The notes beneath the pieces are model-generated. The model saw nothing but the letters and a program-made list of their open reading frames with translations, did no database searches and was not told where the DNA came from. From positions 46,190,001 to 46,254,000 of the forward strand of contig OX597837.1 in assembly GCA_951406725.2 (NCBI GenBank): DNA of 64,000 nt, written 5' to 3'. The DNA comes from Octopus vulgaris. Lineage: Eukaryota. Position 1 is the stretch's first letter. Every line of letters begins with the position of its first letter. A program made the translations under genes and the position numbers. Positions 44,816 through 58,499 of this stretch are shown piece after piece.

Positions 44816-47800
44816 AGAGAGAGAGAGAGAGAGAGAGAGATGTGTTTGCAAAAAACCCATTAAAAATTTATCCGTTTTTCTGAAAGTTATGAGGAAACAA
44901 AGCTGACACGTGTTAATTTTCCGAAATTCCTCACCCATATTCGGAAAAATGTTTTTTCAACACAGATTTCCATACAATGGTAATTTACACTATCTGAAGC
45001 ATACATATAAAAAATTTCATTTAGAATATGTATTTTTCTGAAAGCTATGATGCCACAAAGTGTAGGTATGCCATATATATATAGTTCAGCAAAACTTAGA
45101 TTCAGATGAATCTGGTACTTAAGTTAAAGGCACCAGAATTTTGTATGGTATTATCCATATAAATCGAATGGGGTGATTATAATCAAAATAAGCAACAAGG
45201 ATATCCAAGGTAGAGTAGTACAATTGTTTCATGCCACTTCATTTAACTAAACACTGTCTGTAAGTATTATATCAGTTTTAAAATATCGAGCAATCTTCAG
45301 CCACATATAGAATTTTTTAATTAAAATACATATATATCATTCCGTAGGTCTACTAGGAATAGTGCTTACAGGACACAAGCTAGGGCTTGCTCAATCTTGG
45401 CTGGGTTGCTTGGGTGAGGATGTTTCTTTGGTCAAAGATCCAAAGCACCTAATGACCCTAGGAAATATCAATGATGATATATCCAGGTGCATCACACGTT
45501 GGGGCATGGAAAACTATCCCTTGAGACTGCAATTCAATTGTTTGTTTGTTTGTTTTTTGTCTAAATAGTTTGCTAGACATGTCTTCTGCTGTTCTTGTAA
45601 GCAGTTAAGTAGAAGAGAGATAAATGAAACAATAGTCGCAGAAGTAAAGAACATGGACCGCATCCCCTTTCGGTTTTTTGTTTTTTTAAACTACAGAAAC
45701 CCACTTTTTTGACTGCAGAGATATCAAATCTGCAAAAAAAATTGGCATTTCAAAATGTTACCCCCCCCCCCCCATTTTTCAGTATTTTAGAAATTTCTTT
45801 TGGCGAAATCCGTAGAAAATGGGGATGCGGTCCGCGTCCTTTACCTCCGCCACAAAAGTCTACCCAAGAAGGGAAATTAGGAGTGGTCTAAAGTTTTTGA
45901 TATATTGTGAATTGTTGTAGAAAAACAAAATTTTTTGAGCGACTTTTTTGAAGTTTATTAAACTTTTTTAAAAAAATTTTCTTTAAGCTATTTTTGAGAT
46001 TTCTTGAAAAAAAATTTTCAAAATATTTTTCACCTTTTCTTGTTTTGTTCTTAACTTTCTTTAATTTATTCAGTTAGTTATTTAATTCTGTTAGAAGTAT
46101 TTCATCTGCCCCCTCCTTTACCTTCTTAACTTCTGCTAACGGCGTTACCCTGTTGTGGTACTACACATACATCGCGGCACTCCGTCGGTTGCGACGACGA
46201 GGGTTCCAGTTGATCCAATCAACGAAACAGCGTCCTCGTGAAATTAACGTGCAAGTGGCTGAGCACCCCACAGAATCTCGGGGAAATTCAGAGTGACACA
46301 GAGTGTGACAAAGCTGGCCCCTTTGAAATACAGGTACAACAGAAACAGGATGAAAGAGTGAGAGAAAGCTGTGGTGAAAGAGTAAAGCAGGGTTTGCCAT
46401 CACTTCCTGCCGGAGCCTCGAAAAACTTTAGATATTTTCGCTCAATAAACAGTCACAACGCCCGGTCTGTGAATCGAAACCGCAACCCTACGACCGCGAA
46501 TCGGCTGCTCTAACCATGGGGCCATTGCGCCTCCATACACACATATTATGGTAAATGATACCGTGGCGGGGTAATGTGGTATAGTAGTGCTTGTATGTTA
46601 CCTGTAGTTCCGTTATCTGTACAAGTTATATTAGAGAATTATATTGTGTTGATTGTATCAGAAAAAAGGGAAAAAAAGGTGTTCAGTTTAAGACCAGAAT
46701 TTAGCTAAATTGTGCTGAATGAACAATTTATATATATGAAATAAGGCGTCGAAATTGTGATGATTTGTGATTTTTTTGGTTAATAACTGAATGTACCGTG
46801 TGGGTGTATAACTATTGACATACCTGTTTTACCTGTTGTAGTGATAACTTATTATTGTAGTGTATATATACAATATGAGAGAGAGAGAGTGGGGTAGTAT
46901 AATATTCTTTTCTACTCTAGGCACAAGGCCCGAAATTTTTGGGGAGAGGACCAGTCGATTAGATCAACTCTAGTACACAACTGGTGCTTGATTTATCGAC
47001 CCCGAAAAGATAAAAGGCAAAGTCGACCTCGGCGGAATTTGAACTCAGAACGTAGCGGCAGACGAAATACCTATTTCTTTACTACCCACAAGGGGCTAAA
47101 CACGGAGGAGACAAACAAGGACAGACAAAGGGATTAAGTCGATTATATCGACCCCAGTGCGTAACTGGTACTTATTTAATCGACCCCGAAAGGATGAAAA
47201 GTAAAGTCGACCTCGGCGGAATTTGAACTCAGAACGTAACGGCAGACGAAATACGGCTACGCATTTCGCCCGGCGTGCTAACCATTCTGCCAGCTCGCTG
47301 CCCTTTGCTGCCAGTCAGTTTGTTGGTTGGTCTCATACAGACAGAAGACTTAGCAGTTGTTTAGCCTTGTGTCAACCTGGCTTTAATCAAACTGGAAACA
47401 TTGCAGCTATGTTCAGCCTGTATTTATTTTCAGGCAATTATACCTTTTCTCTTCTTGAGACAGTAGCGTCTGCTGTGAGAAGGGTTGCTTTAATTGTTAT
47501 GAAGTGACCAAATAAGAGGAACGTTCAGTGCTAAATCAACAGTTAGTTTGCTTTGGTTAATCACTAGTGCACTTAGTGATCTCAAGAAACAAACAGATTT
47601 CTCTGGAATTTCTACTTTATCAAACATCTGGTTGACGAAACACAACAGTGTCGAAAACCTGGTCGTCCCCAAATCTCTTGTACCAACAAATTATGTTATG
47701 AGCACACCCACGATTAACATATTCCTCTTCGAATCTGCTGGAACCTATTAAGAATGAATATTCAAGTCAACGCAAATAATATCTGTCTTCGTTGTGATTT

Positions 47801-50800
47801 ATAGTAAAGATATTGCGTGGTGTACAGAACAAAATATAGTTTAATGTGTGTGTAATGAAGTCTCCATAAACTGGAAGAAAAAGCGTACCTCCCACACCAT
47901 CTGAGGGATATTTGTAGAAAATTTCATCAAAAGATATCCACTTTTCTGAAAGTTATGAAGAAACAAAAACACAAATTTAGCATTCTTTTGGTTTATGATT
48001 ATAAGTTAAAAGAATACAAAAGTTTTTTGTTTTGCAATCAGGGGTGACCAAACGAAACTGAAAAAGTTAAACATCTTATTAAGTCTAATAACATTTTTAA
48101 AACAGATCATACCATTGTCTATTCAGGAGGCCAAACATCAAAAATGTGTTGAAGTATTGAATCAGAAGGATCCAACTCTTTTAATCCAATCTCTTGTCGC
48201 CTCATAAACTCAGTTTTTTCCCAATTTTTTTAATAACAAAAAAGTACCCAAGTTTTGTTTAAAAGTGTCTGTGAAAGAAGAGATGTTGGACTTAGTTGCA
48301 TTAAAAGAAACAACTCGTGGTGTTGACACTAAAAATGCGCTTGATGGACCCTTAACACATGCTGATGTTCCACTGAATAAACCCGTCAGTGTTGCCACAG
48401 ATGGAGCACCTGCAATGGTGGGGGAAAAACAGTAGTATTGATTGATTGCTCTTATGAAAAAGATGATCCCAGCTTTCCAGAGTCTCCCCCTCCCCTGTTC
48501 ATTGCATTATTCATCGTGAACACCTGGCAGCCAGAGACTTCAAGTATGAAGATGTTATGAAATCTATCCTTGAAATTGGCAATTTCAGACGCTTTTATTG
48601 AAGAACTGGAGCTCGAAGATAAAACCCAGTGACGTCTCGTTCTACCGTGGGGTGGCTGTCGGCCAGCAATGTCTTGAGTAGTCTGTCTTTACGTTCTGAG
48701 TTCAAATTCCGCCGAGGTCAACTTTGCCTTTCATCCTTTCGGGGTCGATAAATTAAGTACCAGTTACGCACTCTGGGGTCGATGTAATCGACTTAATCCG
48801 TTTGTCTCTACTTGTTTGTCCCCTCTGTGTTTAGCCCCTTGTGGGTAGTAAAGAAATAAGTATTTCACCTGTCACTACGTTCTGAGTTCAATTACCGCCG
48901 AGGTCGACTTTGCCTTTCATCCTTTCGGGGTTGATAAGTACCAGGTACGCACTGGAGTCGATGTAATCGACTTAATCCCTTTGTCTGTCCTTGTTTGTCC
49001 CCGCTATGTTTAGTCCCTCGTGGTCAATAAAGAAATATGAATATACGAATCCAGGTAAAAAAAAAAAAAGTTATGGTGGGTTGGGGGGTTGTCCGAGGGG
49101 GATTTTGTTCGGATCCCATAAATTAATTGTGACTTTATTTACTGGCCACCAAATATAAATAGCGAATTTTTTAAAATAGAAATTCTTAATTTTTATGGCT
49201 TTCTCATCGTTATTATTTTAAAATATGGTAGGAAGTCAATTTTCCACCTTGTGTAATATTAAAAAAAAAAATCTTATGGGGGGAGGGGTACAAAAGGACG
49301 TCTTTTCCTTGTAATTAACGGTGTTCCAGCCATGACCATCCCTTTTATTTTTATAAATCAAGGACTATATTATCCAGTGTTTCATTCTTTTCTCTAACAT
49401 GATGAATTGAGGTAGATTTGGCTACTATTTCGAATACGTCGACCGAGCATCTAATCTCTACAAGTTCTCTCGTTTGTCGCCCGGTTCATGTTTATGTATA
49501 AATGCAGTTTATCCAATAAAGTACTTAGGTGAAAACATATATGGCGGACTTTATTATATAAACATGTTTTGTTTTTTTAATAATAAATTAGGAATTAGAC
49601 AAAAATGAATTCGGCCAAAAGTAATGCGTAATTAATTGGCGTTTCGATCAGGTCGTTGCTGTTGGTTAACTAACACAAGATGACTTAGTAAAGGAGGTAT
49701 TCCGGCCGTGACTTTCCCGTCTTTATTTGTTCTAACGTCTCTAGAATTACGTTATTTAGTGTGTTTTTTCTTCTTTCTTTTGGGAGCGTAGGGTGTGATT
49801 TGCGGAGATATTTGGCTGCTATGTCTGTTCGATCGATCGACCACGTAGATACGTATTGAACGGATTGTTTGCGTAAACAAGAACGGGGAAGAAAAAAAAC
49901 TCGCATGGTTTTTAAGCCTTCCGCGATCACCACGTGGTCGAACGATCTTTTAAATGTAAGAAAATCAGAGATTTTCGTAATTAAATTCCATTGTTTTGAA
50001 AATCTCGCATCAAACATATTTCGTATTTTATCAATATTATTATATTAAAAAAAAATGTAAATATATTTTTTCGGAAAAACATTCAAGTTTGTGAAATCTG
50101 TTATTAGTATACCTTATTTACGAGGCAGCTGTCAGAGCCGCCCGCATAGCTCAGTCGGTAGAGCATCAGACTTTTACGGACATCTTAATTGCATTGAAGT
50201 GATCTGAGGGTCGCGGGTTCAAGTCCCTCTGCGGGCGATGCAATACTTTTTTTTATTTTTTTTCACTTTTTTGGTATATTCGAGTTTTGTGGACCTGAAG
50301 ATGTTTGCATTTTTTTACTTCTTTTTAAGGCAACAGTTGTTGGTTATTTTTTCCTTACGTAAAAACATTGTCAATCGTAAAATATGTATTTACTCGTAGT
50401 CTGTTCAATGGTTTATTGATATTAGCTAATTTATTACAGCTGGATTGAGTACAATGATTTGTGTAGGTGTTATTTAACCTGAAGCCAGCCTTGTTAAGGG
50501 GATTCCAGGGATCTTTTCGGTTTGAACGGCAGTTTCTAACATAATTTCTAGATAACTAAAAAAATTTTAAACTTCGTATACTGGTAGAATGTGTTTATAA
50601 AACATCTTTTTCTCTTGGCTTTATTGAGAAAATTCTATAGTTTGTAAGATATTTGTTATTTTTTTTCTTCAATTTCTGCAATTTCAACCAATCAGTGACG
50701 TCTATTGAGGTAAAAAAAACAAACATTCTGTGCCGTATGAATATGTCCCTCGTTTAAGAAACAGATTGGGTTTATTTACATTCGTGAAGAAAAAAAGATA

Positions 50801-52254
50801 CCCTTCCCCCCACCCCTAACCCTAACCCTAAAACAGATTGAAATGCAATAGATCGATTCTAGGGTCATAATTATGGGTGACTATTTCATATGATACCGCT
50901 AGAAAAAACTGCCGTTCAAACCGAAAAGATCCGATTCCAGAATATGAATGACTATTCTCTCTATTTAAGGGGTTTATCTAGGACTACAACTATAGAAGTG
51001 CCCCCCCCCCCCAACCGATTTTGTTTATTCATAACTTTTTAAAAAAATATACATTCTAATGAATATTTCTATAAGTATGTTTTAAATGGTGTAGATTCCG
51101 ATTATATCGGAATTTGTTACGAAAAACTGCCGCTTTGCCAAAAAGAACAACTCATCTACGTGGTCCTGGGTCTATTCCAAGTGACTGAAAACTGTACAAA
51201 AAGCGAAAAACTGAGACAAGTGAAAGAAGACGAAATAAGGGGTATTAGAGTATTAGATAGACCCTCGTAAAAAATGGAAGAGTGACGTTTCGAGTCTAGG
51301 CTCGTCGACGGAAAGAAATAAGGAAAGAAAACACGGAAGGAGGGGAAAATTCAACCTTTTTTTTTTTTTTTGTCATCAGACTGCAGCCATGCTGCTACTG
51401 TCACTAATGTGTATATTTATTAAGAAGCTCACTGGCCAATCGCAACACCAGTGTCTGTTCTGGTACTGATTTTCTATATCTCACTGGTGAGGAAATGAGT
51501 CACTGCTATCTCTAGTGGTTGAGTGTCCATCACTAGCAAGACCAAGGAAGGGCAGAATCACGGGATCTGGTGGTCTTGGCACTGGAGATGGTGGGGATTC
51601 ATTTCCCTGCTAGGGAAAAGCTTATATGAGAGGTTCTCTTGTGGTATCTACCACAGTATAGTTTGTTCTAACAGAACATCCACATTTAAGAGGGGATAAA
51701 TATTACCTCTCAGTATATTAATACTGCCTCCGTCGCTAATATATACTCTCCAACAAGTCTACATGGTACTAACCCAACCCATCTCTCTTCTCTTCACTCT
51801 TACTGACACTATCACCTCTCAGAATTCCACCCTTGACAATTCATCCAATCTTTCTGTCCCTTTAACTTTGTCTGATGTTTGTTTTTTTTCTGTGCTAACA
51901 TTGATCAACCACATTGATGACACCACATTTAGAGGCCTACAAAGGTCATGGGTCCTTTCTCATCTCCTCTTTTTTTGAGGTGTAGATCATGTTAATGTAT
52001 TGTGAGTGGTTTAAAGAAATCCAGTATTTTTGCTCAAAATTAATGAAAATGTGACTCTAGAATCTGTCCTTCTTTAAAATTATTTTTGCTTCATTTTTGT
52101 TGTCGTTAAGACACTTTCTAATTGTTATTTCTTTTTTTTTCAGAATTTTGAGAAGAATTCTATTGGAACAGAAAGTTTGGCAACTTCCAAGGTGGCTTCA
52201 CATGAACTTTCAAGTGGCAAGGGTGTACGGAAAAGAAACAAAAAAAATCGATGA
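43509..52254 (+). CDS. MANBAL: MANBAL/UPF0239 small membrane protein, 79 aa. join(43509..43637,52144..52254)
   Basis: PTIMDRLLEAGLFVGAIFQLICIFAIIVLP matches the UPF0239 motif (GLFLGAIFQLICVLAIIVP). AAG|gtattc donor and ttttcag acceptor; basic C-terminal tail KGVRKRNKKNR*. Confidence 0.92.
44090..44435. repeat. (TA)n compound microsatellite
   Basis: Direct inspection. Confidence 0.9.
46177..46535 (-). mobile_element. SINE family D
   Basis: Colinear with 38530..38905. Confidence 0.85.
46905..47302 (-). mobile_element. SINE family B tandem dimer
   Basis: Two cores on the minus strand. Confidence 0.85.
48020..48680 (+). mobile_element. hAT transposase remnant (GTF2IRD2/EPM2AIP1-like)
   Basis: SVATDGAPAMVG and VHCIIHREHLAA motifs. 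Confidence 0.8.
48680..49037 (+). mobile_element. SINE family B tandem dimer
   Basis: Two cores, 5' truncated. Confidence 0.85.
50140..50237 (+). tRNA. trnK-UUU: tRNA-Lys(TTT) with 25-nt intron (50177..50201)
   Basis: GCCCGCA/TGCGGGC acceptor stem, TAGCTCAGTCGGTAGAGC D-arm (A box), TCAGA-CTTTTA[intron]A-TCTGA anticodon arm, GGTTCAAGTCC B box; mature length 73 nt; one C:U mismatch in the T stem. Confidence 0.93.
50247..50254 (+). terminator. Pol III oligo-T terminator of tRNA-Lys
   Basis: T8 run about 10 nt after the discriminator base. Confidence 0.75.
50509..50932. mobile_element. MITE with 27-bp perfect TIR and 8-bp TSD (Merlin-like)
   Basis: TIR ggatcttttcggtttgaacggcagttt; TSD gattccag at 50501-08 and 50933-40. 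Confidence 0.9.
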
Positions 52255-52405
52255 AGAATGGTGACACACATATACACATGTATGTGTGTGCGTATATGCA
52301 TATATATACACACACAGGTATGTATATATTATCAGGTATATGTTTTAGCTATACTTTGGTATTTTAACAAAAATCAACACAAATTCTTTATATTTCTGAT
52401 ATTAG

Positions 52406-52446
<41 letters not shown>

Positions 52447-54279
52447 CAAACATTCATTTTAATCAAATAAATGATGAAGAGCAAGCTCAACATACGCTGT
52501 AGAGTATTGTTACCATTATTATGGCCAGGTTCCAGCCTGGGCTACAGCAACAAAGTTGACCCACCACACTTCTTGGTCCAACATCAAAATGCCTTGAGGT
52601 CCCGGCTACGTTCCAGGCCAGTGTCTGCAATCAAGTTGTCTATATAAGTGTGACAACGTTTTCCTCTTCTTCCATCACCATGAAGTGGGCTCCACAAGAC
52701 TAGTTTGGATGCTTCCAGTTCCATCATCCATGGAAGCAGCAGGGAGGGACATGTCCAAAAGTGGTACCAGCTGAAGTGTTGATGCCACTCCATTTGTAAT
52801 CTTTGGAAGAGATTCCACTTGTTTTCAACAATCTCACATATAAAACCAAACTCTTTGATTTGGAAGAATTTCAGAGTGCTAGGAATAGACTGAAGGAGGG
52901 GGAAAGCTGCTGGCTCTGATGGGATTCCTCTTGAAGAGTATAGGGTTTATTTAGACTGAATTTGAACTTCATACCACTAGGATCAGAAGAGGAGACAGGT
53001 GGCCTTGCCTGATGACAATCAAGGTTGGGTGAAACTCAAGTTGCAGCAAAAGAATTCAATATCCTCCTCCTCCACTTATGTGTCACCAGCATGGGTACCT
53101 TTTGTGTGTCACAGGCACAAGTGCCTTTTATGTACCTTCTATTGTTTGAGAGTAATGGAAGGGAGATAGTCAGGACCAGGGGCCTTGTTGGCATTTAAGT
53201 GCATATGAATGTGAGGAGGCCTGTGGAGTAGAAATGGTTAGTTTTGGTAGCGATTTAGCAGTATGGAGTTGGGTGCAAAATGAGGAGCAAACATTAGGAC
53301 TTTCTCTGCGGGAATACTCCCTAGAGACCCATCATAGTTGAGAATTGGTGGGAGGAAGGATTTCATAGAGTTATTAGAGTTCCTTTTAGTAAAAGAACAA
53401 AAGAATTGATGTTAGTTTGGTAAACGGGAGTGCTGGCAATTTGTGATTAAAACAGACACCTTTCACATTTTCTTGATAATTATAAATCTGTTAATTTATT
53501 CATTTATCATCTTTGAATCTATTGATTGTACTTTTTTAATATTTTGTCTTTTTTCTTCCTTTTTTCTGTACACATATTTAGACTCCAAGTTTCTGACTTT
53601 ACAAACTCTCCACATCTGAAAGTTATGTTTCCCACAAACAGCTGCTCTTCTGAAAGATCTCAGTGTTAACAACTGATGGATTTCACACAAATTTCTCATT
53701 TATCTTTCAATTTATTCAATAATTTCCTTTCATTTTCATGTAAGTGTGTCATTCATATATAATTGCAATTTCTAATTAGTATTTTATACCGTCATTTGTT
53801 ATATAATTAATCATTTTAGTTTTCTTTCTTTCTGAATTGATAATTGCATTTTCATGGAAATGGTTTTTATTTAACCGTTTATTACAAAGAAAACAAACAA
53901 AACAAAAACATTTTATAAAAAATGAGAAAGCTTTTAATTTTTCCACTCTTCACTCTACTGTTTTATATGCTTGCGAAAAGGTTTTTGAAAAAAATGAATT
54001 TAATAATAAAATATTTTATTTAACACAAAGGCTTGCTTTTATATCATTTCACATAGGAAATGATAGTCAGTCATTGATTTTTATCCACGTGTAGAATAAT
54101 TGGAAAATGCCATGATTTTGTGTATTATGAAGGGAAATGGGTCATAATATTTAGGACAAGGCTCTTTTTTCAAAACACAAATTTCTGCCTAAAATGTCAA
54201 AATTCTTATGATTTACACAAATTTATCTCATTTTACAAATACTATTGCTGTATTTGATGGCATAAAAGGTGCACACATC

Positions 54280-54930
54280 TGCACTGGTATGGTCATGTAC
54301 TACGGATGGATGAGGAGAGATGTGTGAAGAAGTGCCACTCCCAAACAGTTGAAGGAATCTGGGGTAGAGGTAGACCCAGGAAGACATGGGATGAGGTGGT
54401 CAAGCATGACCTTTGAACATTGGGCCTCACAGAGGCAATGACGAAAGACCGAGACTGCTGGAGATATTCAGTGACTGCGAAGACCCGACAGATAACGTGA
54501 GTTCATAGCTGTTTCCTGCACCAGCTTCACATAGAAGCCCCAGTCCATCCAAACGGCTTGCTGTGCTTACCTTGGATCGCAGGGCGACCTGCTGTGCTTG
54601 AGGAGACCTATTGAGTCAAGTACATCAACATCAAAATATCAAATGGAAATTGTAGTTGTGATACCTGTGCCGGTGGCACATAAAAAGCACCATCCAAATG
54701 TGGCCGATGCCAGTGCCGCCTTGACTGGCTTCCGTGCCAGTGGCACGTAAAAAGCATCCACTACACTCACGGAGTGGTTGGTGCTAGGAAGGGCATCCAG
54801 CTGTAGAAACACTGCCAGATCAGACTGAAGCCTGGTGCAGCCTCCTGGCTTCCCAGACCCCAGTTGAACTGTCCAACCCGTGCTAGCATGGAAAACGGAT
54901 GTTAAACGATGATGATGACGACGACGACGG
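54280..54930 (+). mobile_element. RTE LINE 3' fragment
   Basis: LHWYGHVLRMDEE...GRGRPRKTW, (GAT)n tail. Confidence 0.85.
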
Positions 54931-57900
54931 CGGAATTCAAAAAGGGACAACAAAACATTGAGACAGATGATACAAAAACGGGACAAGAAAAAACATGGAC
55001 AGGTCATTCGAAATTTTCTTTCCTCAGTTGAGTTCCAGATTGTCTTTGCAATTCCAGCTGGTTATACTTGAGATTGTTCTAATCTGGCCAACCGCAAGGA
55101 AAAACTAAGCTAAGAGCACTAGATTCCTTGGAAGACTGGTTCTACACCAAATTTTCCAGTCTACATATTTACTTACTCTGCAAACATTGTGATTCACCAG
55201 GACTTTCAACTAATTTCTTCTACTTGTTTCAGTCATTAGGCTAGGGCATGCCACGAAGAACTTTTAGTTGAAGGAATCAGTCTCAGCAGCCATTTCTCAA
55301 AGCCCAACACTTATTCCATCACTCTCTCTCTATGGACGTACGGCCAAGTCATGGAAACACTGACACACTAATACCAGTTGTCAAGCGGTAGTGGGGGACA
55401 TGCACACACACACACACACACATACACGCGCACCCATACACACACACATGCACACATACACACACACACACTTACACACACACATACACACACATTCACA
55501 CAAATGCACACACACACTCACACACACGCACACATACACTCGCACACACACACACACACACACGCAAATGTGATGGACATCTTTGAATCTTCATCCACAA
55601 ACAAACTCTGTTCACAGGCTCTGGTTGACCTGAGGCTATAGCAGAAGACACTTGCCCAAGCTGCCATGCAATGGGACTGAACCTAGAACTAAGTGGTTGG
55701 GAAGCAAGCTTCTTACCATAGAGCCACACCCGAACCTTGTGTGTGTATGAGTTTCTTATTCAGAATAGAACACCTACATGCATTTGATTACTGGAATGTG
55801 CAGATGTACTTTGCAAGGGCACAGCTTGGATTGTCATCCCCTTCTGTACACAATTAAAAAGAGAAAAAACTGAGGCAGACAAAGTATAGTATGCAGTGTT
55901 AGGCAAGTGAAAGCACTTGTTTAAGAACACAACAAAGAAGTGTGCAAGGAGGCTTTAGATGTGAAAGGAAGAAACAGAAGGGAATCAGGTGTTTCAGGTG
56001 TTATCAAAGAGAAGAAAAAAAGGATGGAGAAAATAGAGAGGCTGGAGAAAGAAAAAAAATTGTACAACACTTTTTTCTGTTCTTCTTGTATTATTTATTC
56101 GTTGAATCATCAATATTTCATCAATTATTTCATGAAATAAAAGAAGTTAGTTCTTCTGTCCTGTTAGGTATTGTTAGTCTGAGTAAATTTATGTCTTGCC
56201 TTGGTTGGTTGTCAAGTAACACAGAAAAAAAACAAAAAAGGGGGGTTTTGTGTTGAATGGAAAAGACTCAGTTTGGGTCTCAGTCTCTCTCAGTCATATT
56301 CAGATTCTTTATCATAATTTAATTGTAATTTTATGTTGGGACATAATGTGTAAAGCATTTCTTTACAGTTAAAGCTATGAAACAAATAACCCTTTAAGTT
56401 CCTTTCAATTTAACGGACTTTTGACTATTAGACACATCTCACCCCTATTAGTTTATTAACGTAAGGGGTCATTGTGTGTGCATGTGTATGTATATATATA
56501 TATATATGTATAAATAAATTCTTTTTTGTGTATTAAAGCTGGCATTTGTTTCATGTTAAGGAATACTTCAACAATTATTTAAGCCCATCACAGAAAACGT
56601 GGTCCTTGTCTTTGGAGACAAACACTGATTTCTCTATAGGCTTGAATAACTACGAGACCAATGGCAGTCTTAATACACAAATGAAGAATCTTTATTCATC
56701 AGTGTAGTGTTGAGAACAATGAGATTCACATAAATTTTGAGAAGGCCAGAGCAACAGGGATGGATGAGAAATGCCAAAATCCTCATCATTGTTCAACCGT
56801 GGTCGAGACAATGGAATTTACTATGTTACGCCAGACTTCACAGTCCATCATAGCATTACGGAGGTCCTGTTGCTGGTTGCCTGTATCCCTGGAGATTACA
56901 TCAGGGTAGGAGAGTGTGCGTCCTGACCTCTATCTGACCAAAGACTACATATTTGGCCCGAGTGTGCCAGAACCTGTTGTTCAAGGATCAGTTTGCCCTG
57001 CCACTTAGGGGCTTGCTACTCTCCCTCATGATCTTCAGACGAGAAAAAAACTGTCATCATCAATCACCACATACCTATATACATATACTGACATGCACAC
57101 ACTCATATATACACATTACCTTTTGCTTAATACACACACCTTTCCGTTATTAGTTCGTTAAATTGAAGTGTCACTATATACATATACATGCATACAAATA
57201 CATATACACACAGATATACATACAAACACACACATAAACATCTCTCCATCCTCCAGCCACATATATATGTATGTATATATATTATATGTATATATATATA
57301 TATATATATTGTTAATTGAAGGACTGGTCGTCACTGGAATTCTTATATCAGTAAATATAGAAAAAAAAATGTAGAATTGGTAGTCTTGTGTTTAGCACCG
57401 GTAATTGTATGACTGTGGAATTGGTTCTCTTCTGTATCTCTGTCGGTTGATTTAGCTATCAGATTGTATATTCCGATACATGAATACTGACAAAGGTGAT
57501 ATGACGGGTGATGAGCAGGTGTGGGTTCTCACTGTGATTTTCCAGTACCAGAGTAATTAAAAACTCTAGAGGTCCAAGAATTGGTTTTATCAAATATAGA
57601 GCTCCTGGAAATATAAGAGAAAATAAGAACAATTTTAGAAATTGAGAAAAACCTACTGAAGTTATCGTCATCGTTTAACATCTGCTTTCCATGCTGGCAT
57701 GGGTTGGACGGTTTGACATGGAGTTGGCTTGCAGGAAGCTGTCCAGACTCCAACTGCCTGTTGTGGCCATGGTTTCTTTGCTAATTATATTTCTGTTTAG
57801 AAATATTTCGAAGAAATATCATCTGGTAATGTTTGAAATAAAACATGTTTTGAAAGGAAAAGTCCAAAGGATGTCTTCATAGTACAAGAGTCAATTAAAT

Positions 57901-58499
57901 AATAATAATAATTATAATAATAGTCGAGACGAAGTGCGTGATGCGATTACAATAATTATTTTATTGGTTGAACGATATTTCAGAATATCATTCAACTAAT
58001 AAAATATCTATTACAATCAAATCACACTCTTCATCTTGACTGTTTACCTTTGTGAAGAGTTTTGTCGATCCTTTTTAAAATATAATAATAATAATAATAA
58101 ACATAGAAGCTACACCTGGATCCTCAACACTTGCACACTATCCGAAAAGCTTCCCCTGCTAGGAACAGCCGACATTCTACACAAATAAAACCAGCCACAA
58201 CCACATACTCTATACAGTAAATATCCAATAAAATAAACAGCCACCCCTACCTGTACTCTACAGGGTGGATGCCCAACAGAAGAACACAACTCACATTGCA
58301 TGCACAACACACTATACAAACACTGATACACAAAAAACTGGCACCAGACCCCAGGAAGAGTTTGCATTTCCCCAACAACAAAAAAGAACTCACAATGCTG
58401 CACACATCCCAGCAACATGGAGGTGATGCAGTGGAAATCTGCCTGAAACTATCAGATGTTGAATGGCAACAACAACAACAACAGCAGCAACAACAAGTG

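Noticed and set aside
49640-49950. CpG-rich stretch with an 18-bp inverted repeat and E-box upstream of the tRNA
   Set aside because: It resembles a dispersed repeat also seen at about 49315-49450 and 26040-26110; no evidence of a separate gene.
55940-56256. Lys/Glu-rich ORFs
   Set aside because: Purine-rich low complexity with no splice chain or recognisable motif.
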